Made by a program: the position numbers and the translations under genes | In this document: positions 7,543-16,051 of the stretch, one piece after another | Layout: each line of letters begins with the position of its first letter | Numbering within the stretch: the first letter of the stretch is position 1 | Source of the DNA: Saccharolobus solfataricus | GTDB lineage: Archaea; Thermoproteota; Thermoprotei_A; Sulfolobales; Sulfolobaceae | DNA: 32,000 bases | Direction of reading: 5' to 3' | NCBI RefSeq assembly: GCF_900079115.1 | Contig: NZ_LT549890.1 | Location: 1,860,001-1,892,000, forward strand | The notes under the pieces: model-generated | What the model saw: only the letters and a program-made list of their open reading frames with translations | Told to the model about the DNA's origin: nothing | The model's database searches: none

Positions 7543-9465
7543 TTGAGGAGAGATGTTGATGAGTCCCTTGGTGATGCTTTAAGGGAATGCGATGTTGATT
7601 ATTACCTACTCGTTGGTAACGAAATACCGCCATTAATAATAGGTCTAGTAATAATGGGTCTAGCTTATACACTTGCCTTGACCTTAGCATTCATCGATAG
7701 GTACAATGAGGCCGTTGCCGAGGTGAATAGGATCCTTAACATCGCCAGGGGTAGGGGCAGTATTTATGACGCTGAGAGTTTTTATGGTCTTGGGCTAGCC
7801 TCAATAATCGCCAACGCCGCCAGGTTAGGCAGGGATGTCAAGCCCGGCGATGCCGATATAGCATTGCGCATAGCGTCATTCACTATACAACGTGTTGCAT
7901 CACCAGACCTCATTAAGTCAGTGCTAGGTGCCTTAGAACCGTTGCATGGTAAGGCACCACATAGGTACCTCGAACTACTAGCCGCCGCATTGAATATGGA
8001 GAACCTCGACCTTATCACAGTTAGGTACATATTTGATAAGCTGAATGAGATTTTAGACAATTACTGTGATGTGGTTAGGGGGTATGCCTGGTCCCTCGTA
8101 CATGCAATAATTGCCTACGCCAACCTGCTTAGTAGATACTTTGGTCATTTCAATAGTGAGGAAGTTGGGGATATGGTTGGTAGGGTTGTTGATTTGCTCA
8201 ATGAGTTGGGTAGGTTCAAGTCCAGCCTGGGCGTCATTGCTCGGGCGGATGCTTTAGCCCCAGCGTTAGATAGTGAGTATGTGAGGGGGCTTATGAAGGA
8301 GAAACTAGGCATTGATGTGGTTGGTAAGGCTAGTGAGATCCTTGAGGAACTAAACGATATGAGAGAGAGGGTTCAGGAGTTAATGGGCGATAAGGAATTC
8401 ATGAGCTACATCGAATCCAGGTCCGTAAAGGCTGATGAGGAGGCAGTTAGGAGATCAATCCTTGAGGCAGCATCGCATCTCAAGCACGCATTGGTGTTTT
8501 ATAGGCTTGATAATAATGAGCTTGATGAGGCGAGGGACCTATTTAACGAGGCAGCTGAGGAGCGTAGGGAGATCGGTGATTACGAAGACTACCTAGTTGC
8601 ACGTAGTTTGGCATTGCGTGTTGAGGCGATTAAGGGCTCGTTGGTTGGCGAAAAGTTGGTTGATGGGTTTAGGCAATTGTATGAGGAAGCTTTTAATAAG
8701 AAGCGTTTCTCCATGCCCACGGCTAGGTATCTCAGTTTTGCATCGGGTATACTTGGTGAGTACCTCGTGTCCCTGGCCCTAACGGGTGATCACGAAACGA
8801 TAAACAAGTTGCTTGAGGGGCATTTGTGGGTGCTGAACGCCGTTAGGAGCGTCTCGGTCCTGACTAGGCTTATGCTCAACGCCCTACTCAGTCCAAGGGG
8901 TAGGTTAAGCAGCGAGCTTAAGGGTAAGCTTAGCGTCAACCCTGAGGAGTTGATTTATGCCTTTGGATATGATAAGCTTCGTAAGTACCTGCCTGCGTTA
9001 AGGGTTGCCCTTGGTATTGCGAAGCCTGAGGTTGGAATTAAGTTGTGTGAAGAGTTTAACGATGAAGTTTGCATAGATTTCGTCTTGGCAGTTAAGGGAA
9101 ACAGTGCTGTTGTTAAACAGTTAAGAGAAGGAGTAATTAATGCTTTTAACAATTCGCTTAAGGGATTTGGTTTTGACGTTGAGTCGTTGATTAATGAGTT
9201 TAGGGGGTTGGTGAGCGGGCTTGATGGCAGGTCCCTAGTCCAACTAATCGCCCCCTCAAACTCAATGGCTCAGTTAGCCCTAATGCTCCGCGCATTGATT
9301 AATGGTAATAAGGAACTAGCCAAGGCACACGCACTCTATGGAGCTATTTATTATTCCAGGAAGTTGCTCAGGAGGTTGTACCTTGAGGTCTATAAGGAGT
9401 GTTGCGACTTGGAGAGTGAGTCGTTTAGGCTTGCCTTAGCCAGGCTCTTCTTCTTCCACGTTTAG
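7543..9465 (+). CDS. Large all-helical (TPR-like by eye) protein in the same frame as the upstream NTPase ORF; probably its C-terminal sensor or repeat region
   Basis: The 640-codon open frame begins one codon after the TAG. The listed start is a TTG, and the first in-frame ATG is about 38 codons in. I saw no intergenic spacer, TATA box or SD. Confidence 0.6.
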   Translation: MRRDVDESLGDALRECDVDYYLLVGNEIPPLIIGLVIMGLAYTLALTLAFIDRYNEAVAEVNRILNIARGRGSIYDAESFYGLGLASIIANAARLGRDVKPGDADIALRIASFTIQRVASPDLIKSVLGALEPLHGKAPHRYLELLAAALNMENLDLITVRYIFDKLNEILDNYCDVVRGYAWSLVHAIIAYANLLSRYFGHFNSEEVGDMVGRVVDLLNELGRFKSSLGVIARADALAPALDSEYVRGLMKEKLGIDVVGKASEILEELNDMRERVQELMGDKEFMSYIESRSVKADEEAVRRSILEAASHLKHALVFYRLDNNELDEARDLFNEAAEERREIGDYEDYLVARSLALRVEAIKGSLVGEKLVDGFRQLYEEAFNKKRFSMPTARYLSFASGILGEYLVSLALTGDHETINKLLEGHLWVLNAVRSVSVLTRLMLNALLSPRGRLSSELKGKLSVNPEELIYAFGYDKLRKYLPALRVALGIAKPEVGIKLCEEFNDEVCIDFVLAVKGNSAVVKQLREGVINAFNNSLKGFGFDVESLINEFRGLVSGLDGRSLVQLIAPSNSMAQLALMLRALINGNKELAKAHALYGAIYYSRKLLRRLYLEVYKECCDLESESFRLALARLFFFHV

Positions 9466-9698
9466 CCCTGGGGAGTCAGTCTCGGAGTTCTGGTCTGTTC
9501 TCATTGTCTAGTTGGCACGGCTTGTGTAATCGAGGTTGTAGTCAGGGTGGTGAATTGATGCTTAGATGATGAGCGTTAATGCATAAATCCTAGTGCTCGT
9601 TATTGCCTTACCAGCGCGGTTGTGGTTAGGGCTGGGTCTTGGTTGTATTGTGAGGTTGAGCATCTACCAGTGACCATGATTAGGGTGCCGAGAGACGC

Positions 9699-9965
9699 TT
9701 GGCGTGGTCAAACCCTGCATCCATCTCAGCAGTTGCTTGGTTTGTTTGGGCCGTAATGCTTAAAGGGTTTGTTTGTTTTGGTGGTGTTATGGGTGCGTTG
9801 AAGTACGTGGCCATTGGCGTTGTGGTTTTCGCCACCACTGTGTTTTACTACTACCGACACCGGGTGCCTGTGCAGTACGTGGGTTCACCCAGCGGTTATG
9901 AGGCATTTGTACCAAATGGTCAAGCAATAAATTATAATGGACATACAGATCCTGTGGTGATTTAA
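9699..9965 (+). CDS. Small putative membrane protein; the likelier start is ATG 9789 (MGALKYVAIGVVVFATTVFYYY...)
   Basis: The ORF has one clear hydrophobic helix. The listed start is TTG. The ORF straddles the GC-rich to AT-rich transition. Confidence 0.3.
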   Translation: MAWSNPASISAVAWFVWAVMLKGFVCFGGVMGALKYVAIGVVVFATTVFYYYRHRVPVQYVGSPSGYEAFVPNGQAINYNGHTDPVVI

Positions 9966-9982
9966 TACTAAGTAATGGAACT

Positions 9983-10432
9983 ATGATACAAAATGTGGTA
10001 TGGGATGGACAATATGCAGGTACAATAATTCAAAATCATTACCAAATAGTTCAATTGAATGATGAATGGGTAGGAAGAACCGACCCAGTGAATAATCAAC
10101 AATATGTAACTTTTCAAGATTTCTACGTGATCAAGGGTCAAGTACCAATTGAGAATGTAACAATAAATGGACAGACGTATTACGTGATAGATGCGGATAA
10201 AATAAACCCAGCGGACATCGCGGGATTTTTCACATACTGGAGATGGGTAAACAACTTCGTAACAGCAATAAACACACCAGGAACATATGCAGCAGTACTA
10301 CCAGGGAACTCACCAGTATTCACCTGGGAAAACCTAACAGGAGCAGTAGCATATGAAACGCGCAGGAACGGAATTATGGGTCTCGATTGGGGAATTGTAT
10401 TAACCCAATGGAACTATAATTCCATACGGTAG
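9983..10432 (+). CDS. Hypothetical N/Q/Y/W/T-rich protein
   Basis: This is a 149-aa ORF. A TTTAATACTAAG TATA-like element lies about 15-25 nt upstream of the ATG. I recognised no motif. Confidence 0.4.
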   Translation: MIQNVVWDGQYAGTIIQNHYQIVQLNDEWVGRTDPVNNQQYVTFQDFYVIKGQVPIENVTINGQTYYVIDADKINPADIAGFFTYWRWVNNFVTAINTPGTYAAVLPGNSPVFTWENLTGAVAYETRRNGIMGLDWGIVLTQWNYNSIR

Positions 10433-10519
10433 TGGTGGTATTGCTGGTTTAGCTCTCTTTAACTTTTCCGCTCCACAGCAATCATATAACCTTTCCAGCT
10501 AATTTTTTAGCAATATTTT

Positions 10520-11101
10520 TTAAGATACATTCACAACATAAGGCACGCCATATGTTACAATAATCCAAATTAAGTACATAAACCCTGACCCTCCGCCAGA
10601 ACCTGCTGAAACAAACAAATAAGGTGTTCCTACATATACACCTGCATCATCTTGCAAGTAATTTATATAAAAACGTTGTGAAGGAGTATTATATTCTTCC
10701 TTATATCCAAAAGTTCCAGGTACGAAGTTACTATTTACATCACTATAAGTAAATTTATTATAATTATTCAAAGCTTTTTGATAATTTAGATTATAGCCCG
10801 AGGTTTCTTGATTAAACGCCGTATTATATGCGTTTATGTATGATTGTGCGAATATTGGTTCTCCAGTATTTGTAGATGCTGGTGGGCTTGGTGGTATTGC
10901 ATATGCACTAAACGGAGAACATTCCAATAACCAACAATTAGAGTCCCAAATATATTGTTCTAAAGCGAGTGAATAATTGTATATGTTTCCATTTATTAAG
11001 AAGAATATATTCATATTATTATTTTCTGCCTGGAACCAATTATACAACCAAAACACTCCATATTGATAATAATTTTTATTCTTTTGTTGATCTGGTGGCA
11101 T
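10520..11101 (-). CDS. Hypothetical N/Y-rich protein with a Gly-rich linker and a C-terminal hydrophobic anchor
   Basis: The 193-aa ORF ends ...SAGSGGGSGFMYLIWIIVTYGVPYVVNVS. It is convergent with the 149-aa ORF. Confidence 0.4.
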   Translation of the reverse strand: MPPDQQKNKNYYQYGVFWLYNWFQAENNNMNIFFLINGNIYNYSLALEQYIWDSNCWLLECSPFSAYAIPPSPPASTNTGEPIFAQSYINAYNTAFNQETSGYNLNYQKALNNYNKFTYSDVNSNFVPGTFGYKEEYNTPSQRFYINYLQDDAGVYVGTPYLFVSAGSGGGSGFMYLIWIIVTYGVPYVVNVS

Positions 11102-11763
11102 AAAAGCAAAATAATTTAATCCTTCATGTGGTGCTTAAAACCGCAAAAATTCAACAACAAATCCTCGGTGCAAATCTCAAGTACCATTTTCTAAGCTTCT
11201 CGTGCCTAGGGCTCCAGTAGCGAGCAATTAATATGCAGAACTCGCTGCTTTGCTGTGTAGTGTGTTCGCAACGCTCTCCGGCATGCTCATCCGCGTGTGA
11301 ATGGCTCGTGGAGCTCGAGATCTGTGGGGTTAATACTGCCTTCGGAGTTTTCGATGAGAACGTTGATCAAGATAAAAGGAATCAAGTGTTTCTTAAGGGG
11401 CAGGATAATGATGATGATGAATGAATAAGTAATGAATAAAATTCTCAGCTCATGTTTTTGCTTTTATCTACTTGCTGGATGCGTAGAAAGAGATTTTTTC
11501 CTCCTCTTGAGCTTCTTACAAGTTCTAAATAAATAGGCCTCAAGACGTTTGCTGTCGAAAAGACCTTTCATGATTATTAAATTTCATTCATATATTGTAA
11601 TATTAAGTTATTAATACTGAAGCTAAACTAACTTATTAATCTTTATCTTATATGGCAGTAATTGACCTCCTTTTTATCGTGATAAATTATATTTATAGAG
11701 ATAATAACGAGAAAAATATCGTGGATAAAAGCGCGTAAGAACTTTTGTATTATGAATTATACA

Positions 11764-11773
11764 ATATAAATAT
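11764..11773 (+). promoter_or_regulatory. TATA box of the cmr operon
   Basis: ATATAAATAT is centred about 27 nt upstream of the cmr7 ATG at 11795. This fits a leaderless first cistron, as is common in Sulfolobales. Confidence 0.45.
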
Positions 11774-11794
11774 CCGATTCAATCAACTATTATT

Positions 11795-12388
11795 ATGACT
11801 AGTGGAGCTGGATGGGAAGAGCAGGTATTTTTACCAATAACAAATTCTATTTCTTCTGAGGATAATAATCAAATAAAAATTGGAAGTAGTGTTTCAATAG
11901 AATATAATCAGAATGGACAACATGTCAGTCAAATCGATGATAAGGGGCTTCATAATATCTTAGTACTTACAGGTTATGCAATAGATGAAAGTACCGGCGA
12001 ACTAGTACCTACTTTTGATCCTTGTGATTACGTAAAAGGAATTTTGATAAGTGGTAAAATTTTAAAAGGTAACCATTTTAAGATTATCGGCATTCCTTCA
12101 AACAAATTATATATAATTCGCAAGAAGGACGTGCATGGAAATATAACTTTTAGTCTTCCAATAAAAAACTTTAATACGGGAACCTATCAAGTAGATCTAA
12201 GAGATAAAGTCACATCGTTTGTAAGTTTAGACCGAGATGTCGCTAAGACAATTGTTGACAATGTTTTAGCGAAAATCTATGCGAAAATCTATAATAGTTT
12301 AAATAAAGAGCAAAAGGATAAGCTTTATAGGGATGTAGAAGAAATATTCAACTACTATTCAATAAAAAGTTTAAAATCGAATCCCTAA
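11795..12388 (+). CDS. cmr7: Cmr7-like Sulfolobales-specific Cmr subunit
   Basis: The 197-aa ORF is the first gene of the Cmr operon, directly upstream of cmr4. Its position and size match the Cmr7 subunit described for S. solfataricus/S. islandicus Cmr complexes. It has no RAMP motifs. Confidence 0.55.
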   Translation: MTSGAGWEEQVFLPITNSISSEDNNQIKIGSSVSIEYNQNGQHVSQIDDKGLHNILVLTGYAIDESTGELVPTFDPCDYVKGILISGKILKGNHFKIIGIPSNKLYIIRKKDVHGNITFSLPIKNFNTGTYQVDLRDKVTSFVSLDRDVAKTIVDNVLAKIYAKIYNSLNKEQKDKLYRDVEEIFNYYSIKSLKSNP

Positions 12389-12401
12389 GATATATTGCTA
12401 A

Positions 12402-13328
12402 GTGATTATAATGACTTATTACACTTTTGTTAAACCTTTTTTTATTAAGGCAGTAACTCACTTGCATGTAAGTTCTGGAACATCTGTAGAAGAGGAAGTA
12501 GATTTACCTTTTCAAAGAGATGAGTTAAACTATCCCACAATATTTGCATCTAGTCTTAAGGGTGCAATAAAATCGTTCCTACTAAAGGAATATAGTAATG
12601 CAAGAGAAATAATTTATAAGGTTTTAGGTTCTGACGAAAATCCTGACGAAGCCTCTCTAGGATCTTTTTTGGATGCAGTTCTTTTTGCTATTCCTGCCAG
12701 AAGTATAGGCGTTAGCGGTCTCGATGAAGCATGGGTTTATGTTACCACGTATGAACTTCTCAGGAAGGTAAAATCACTTCTAGAATCGATGAACACTTTA
12801 TCCGCTACACAATTTACCTCTCTTCTGGACGCTATTAATAACATTCTCCAAGAGAGTAAAAATTTGATAATTTCTGATAATGCGGCTAGTGTGATCTTAA
12901 ACGAGGACTTTTACGTAGAATTGAGTAATATTCAAAACGAGTATATTCAGTCTCTTTTAGGAGACATGCTAATTGAGAATTCAACGTATAACCAGAGTAA
13001 CCAAAATTCTCAGTCTCAAGGAAACCACTTAGTAAAGCCTTTAATAGTCCTTAAGGATTCAATAGGTAGGGAAGTGATTAATAGGTCATTAATAAGAGTG
13101 AGAAGGATAAAAATTAAGAGAAGTAGTAAAACCGTGGAAGAAGGTGGTTTATGGTCTGAAGAATATGTTCCAGTGAACTCATTGTTCTTTTCCTCTTTTT
13201 TAGCTAGAGGAAGTAAGGATACCGCATATTTTGCTGACTGTATTTTAAGGAAAACAAGATACTTAATTTTAGGAGGTAAGGAAACTATAGGTAAAGGAAT
13301 TGTTGAATTGAGGTGGTTAAATGACTGA
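12402..13328 (+). CDS. cmr4: Cmr4 (Cas7-family RAMP backbone subunit)
   Basis: AVTHLHVSSGTSVEEEVDLPFQRDELNYPTIFASSLKGAIKSF is the Cmr4 N-terminal RAMP motif. The C-terminal G-rich loop reads LILGGKETIGKGIVEL. Confidence 0.85.
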   Translation: MIIMTYYTFVKPFFIKAVTHLHVSSGTSVEEEVDLPFQRDELNYPTIFASSLKGAIKSFLLKEYSNAREIIYKVLGSDENPDEASLGSFLDAVLFAIPARSIGVSGLDEAWVYVTTYELLRKVKSLLESMNTLSATQFTSLLDAINNILQESKNLIISDNAASVILNEDFYVELSNIQNEYIQSLLGDMLIENSTYNQSNQNSQSQGNHLVKPLIVLKDSIGREVINRSLIRVRRIKIKRSSKTVEEGGLWSEEYVPVNSLFFSSFLARGSKDTAYFADCILRKTRYLILGGKETIGKGIVELRWLND

Positions 13329-13791
13329 AGTACAAGAGGAGAAAGATTATAAACTAGCTATTGAGGCATTTAACCTAGTCTATAATGCTCTAGATAAGAA
13401 GGCTAGAGAAAAATTTAGGAGTAGGGCAAGGGATATGGTGGAGGAGATATATACTTCTGGGTTCATCCCCACGTTGTTTTACATAATATCAAAAGCTGGG
13501 TTAGAGAATAATAATGATAAACTAACCGCGTTATTAAATTCTCCCTCTTCAAAGAGCATTGATCTGGGCAGTAGCGATGAGGCTTCTTATATGGCCTATT
13601 TGTTTGTCATTCTGTACTATCTGTCTGAGAGAAACATTATAAATAAAGAGTTTCTAATTAATAAACTCAAGAATAACCGTTTAGAACTCATAGACAAGTT
13701 GTATGAGTTGTCTCCTATAATTTCCGCCAGGATAAAGAGGTATTTAATGGCAATAAAGAGATTGGCTGAGGCTTTAATAGAGGTGAGGTAA
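13321..13791 (+). CDS. cmr5: Cmr5 (type III-B small subunit)
   Basis: This 156-aa helical protein lies between cmr4 and cmr1. It overlaps the cmr4 stop by 8 nt. Confidence 0.75.
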   Translation: MTEVQEEKDYKLAIEAFNLVYNALDKKAREKFRSRARDMVEEIYTSGFIPTLFYIISKAGLENNNDKLTALLNSPSSKSIDLGSSDEASYMAYLFVILYYLSERNIINKEFLINKLKNNRLELIDKLYELSPIISARIKRYLMAIKRLAEALIEVR

Positions 13792-15195
13792 ATGGAGGAG
13801 TTGTTAATGTCTTTTAAGCTAAAGGCTATTTATCCGTTAACCGGAGGTTATAATAGGCATAGTATAAACGAATTTTATGAAGAGAACGTTAGGCCTACTG
13901 AAATTAAGGGTTTATGGAGGTGGTGGAATAGGGTTTTATTCAATACAGTAAGTTATGTGAAAGAAGGAAAGCTTTACACTTACGACTCTATAGATAGGCT
14001 ATTTGAGGACGTTTTCGGAAGTGAAAACAAGAAGTCTGCAGTAAGGTTAGAGGTGATAACTGATGAGGGAAGCGATAATCATTTTGAACTATCTAATGTT
14101 GAGTTAGATAATGTGATAGATTGCCTAAAGGCAAATAGGGAAGAAAAAGTGAATTTAGACTTTAGAGATAATACGCTAATTATTGAAATAGAAGGCTCAA
14201 CTAAAATTCCCATTTCTTTTAAATCTAATTTAGATATAGATAAAATTAAGGATCTAGTATATAAGAATAAACTTCTTAGCTTTGAGCTCTTAGGTTTTAA
14301 GAGTATTAAAATAGATACAAAGATTTCTGATAAGGAAGTAATTAAGGAAATCTTGCGTGATCTAATTACAAATTATTTAGAATACTTTAATATTAAGCAA
14401 GAAGTTACATTCACTCTTAATATTTATCTAGATAAGAGTCTTAAGCATAAGCAAAACTTTGATGCTAAGCTTAAGTTTGCGCTACATAGTCTATTAGTTT
14501 TTATACTGTTAGGAGGAATTGGAAGGAAAACAAGTAGAGGATTTGGTGGTTTATCAATAGTTAATGCAGAATGTCACGACGGATTATGTGGTGAAATATA
14601 TGGAATAGTAAATAATATGGAGTCAGAAAAAGAAAAAAAGGATCTCGCTACAGTTCTTCCAAATATCATTTTTTCGCAAACTATTGAACAATATTTTAGT
14701 GAGCTAATAAATAATGAAAGCTATAAATTGAGATCATGGAATAATAACTCAGATTTTTTTGTTTATTATTTTATAAAAGATATCAATATATTGAGAATTA
14801 ATAGAATAGACACTAACGTTAACAGAAATGGGATAGAAAATATCTTAAATAGGATATCTAATGAACTATCAGCCTCTGGTAACTGCCTTAAAGACCTCAT
14901 AATGCAAGAAATGAGAAGGAGAGCCTTTGCTTTAGCATTTCTTGGAAATAGAAAATTTAGAAATATTCATGAAATTTATCCTAGAATATTGGAATTTCTA
15001 TACGCTAATTACATCAAAAGAGAATTTGTAAATTTGATAGGAAAAGAAAGAAGGTTATCCAACTTAAGGTTTAAGATTCTTGAGATCAATAATACTTATT
15101 ATATAATTTCATATTTACTTTATTCCAGTTATCTTAAAGATCCAAATTCGAGCATAAAGGATACGTTATATCAGTTTGCTAGATGTGTGATTTAA
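13792..15195 (+). CDS. cmr1: Cmr1 (RAMP)
   Basis: RPTEIKGLWRWWNRVLF is the hallmark Cmr1 motif. The G-rich loop reads LLGGIGRKTSRGFGGLSI. The start abuts the cmr5 stop (TAAATG). Confidence 0.8.
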   Translation: MEELLMSFKLKAIYPLTGGYNRHSINEFYEENVRPTEIKGLWRWWNRVLFNTVSYVKEGKLYTYDSIDRLFEDVFGSENKKSAVRLEVITDEGSDNHFELSNVELDNVIDCLKANREEKVNLDFRDNTLIIEIEGSTKIPISFKSNLDIDKIKDLVYKNKLLSFELLGFKSIKIDTKISDKEVIKEILRDLITNYLEYFNIKQEVTFTLNIYLDKSLKHKQNFDAKLKFALHSLLVFILLGGIGRKTSRGFGGLSIVNAECHDGLCGEIYGIVNNMESEKEKKDLATVLPNIIFSQTIEQYFSELINNESYKLRSWNNNSDFFVYYFIKDINILRINRIDTNVNRNGIENILNRISNELSASGNCLKDLIMQEMRRRAFALAFLGNRKFRNIHEIYPRILEFLYANYIKREFVNLIGKERRLSNLRFKILEINNTYYIISYLLYSSYLKDPNSSIKDTLYQFARCVI

Positions 15196-15196
15196 A

Positions 15197-16051
15197 ATGA
15201 AAATGAGTATAAGTACTCATTTACCAAGAATTTTAGACACATTAAATAGAAATAATATTAATCTATTCTCGGCACTGAGTTTAACCAGCATAGTATACAA
15301 TAACTTTGGAGAATTTCTCTCGAATAAACAGTCATATAGTGCTAATAACCCACTATTAAAGTATCAAATTATAATCCTAAAAGATAAAAATAAAACTAAG
15401 GATGTCGAAGAGAAGAAAAGCCTATTTAAGAGGGAAATAGCTGAACTTGTCTCAAGGAACTTTAAATTAGAGGGCGAAAAAGTAAAGAAATATTTTGATA
15501 ATCTCAAAGAAATACTAAAGTCGTTAAAATACACGATAGTAGACTTTGAAATAACTACTAGGACGAGGGCTTTAATAGGAGTTTCAACTTCTTTAGGTAA
15601 GCTGATTTTTGACTCTGGGATTTCTTTCGATCCATACATGAACTTGCCTTACATACCTGCATCTGAAATTAAAGGTATTGTGAGAAGTTATATTGAGGAT
15701 AAACTAGGCGAGCAAGATGCTGAGGAAATTTTCGGTAATGAGGAAATGGAAGGTAATGTAAACTTTACAGATGCCTATCCTACTAGGCCTGAGAATTTCT
15801 TGTTTGTACCAGACGTAATTACACCTCATTATAATAAGAAGAAGTCTGAGGCTGATGCTGAGCCTAAGCCGGCTATTCATTTAACTATAGCTCCTAAAGT
15901 TTCGTTTAGATTTTTAATTTACTATAAGAGGGAAGATGTAGGAAAACCAATTTGTGATTCCTTACCTCTGGTGATTATGAAAGGTTTAGGTGCTAGATCT
16001 TCTGTTGGATATTCCTTATTTGAATTAAGTAAGATAGAGGTGATTAGATGA
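15197..16051 (+). CDS. cmr6: Cmr6 (RAMP)
   Basis: It carries PYIPASEIKGIVRSYIE and a C-terminal GLGARSSVGYSLFEL G-rich loop. An ATGA overlap links it to cmr2. Confidence 0.8.
   Translation: MKMSISTHLPRILDTLNRNNINLFSALSLTSIVYNNFGEFLSNKQSYSANNPLLKYQIIILKDKNKTKDVEEKKSLFKREIAELVSRNFKLEGEKVKKYFDNLKEILKSLKYTIVDFEITTRTRALIGVSTSLGKLIFDSGISFDPYMNLPYIPASEIKGIVRSYIEDKLGEQDAEEIFGNEEMEGNVNFTDAYPTRPENFLFVPDVITPHYNKKKSEADAEPKPAIHLTIAPKVSFRFLIYYKREDVGKPICDSLPLVIMKGLGARSSVGYSLFELSKIEVIR

Noticed and set aside
6043-9152. Antisense or alternate-frame ORFs inside the GC-rich NTPase/helical gene: 6043-6264, 6204-6407, 6699-7412, 7782-8060, 8597-8782 and 8955-9152
   Set aside because: They lie fully within a much longer sense frame that has clear motifs. 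Their Ser/Leu/Pro-rich low-complexity products are typical shadow ORFs of GC-richer DNA.
9466-9698. A possible structured RNA or tRNA in the GC-rich non-coding tail after the helical-protein gene
   Set aside because: I could not find a cloverleaf, conserved boxes or convincing long stems by eye. There is nothing to support a call without a covariance-model search.
11233-11424. A 63-aa ORF upstream of cmr7
   Set aside because: It is Cys/Asp-rich with no motif, no promoter or SD context, and it ends in an ATGATGATGATGA repeat. I treat it as non-coding and report it only as part of the GC-richer patch.
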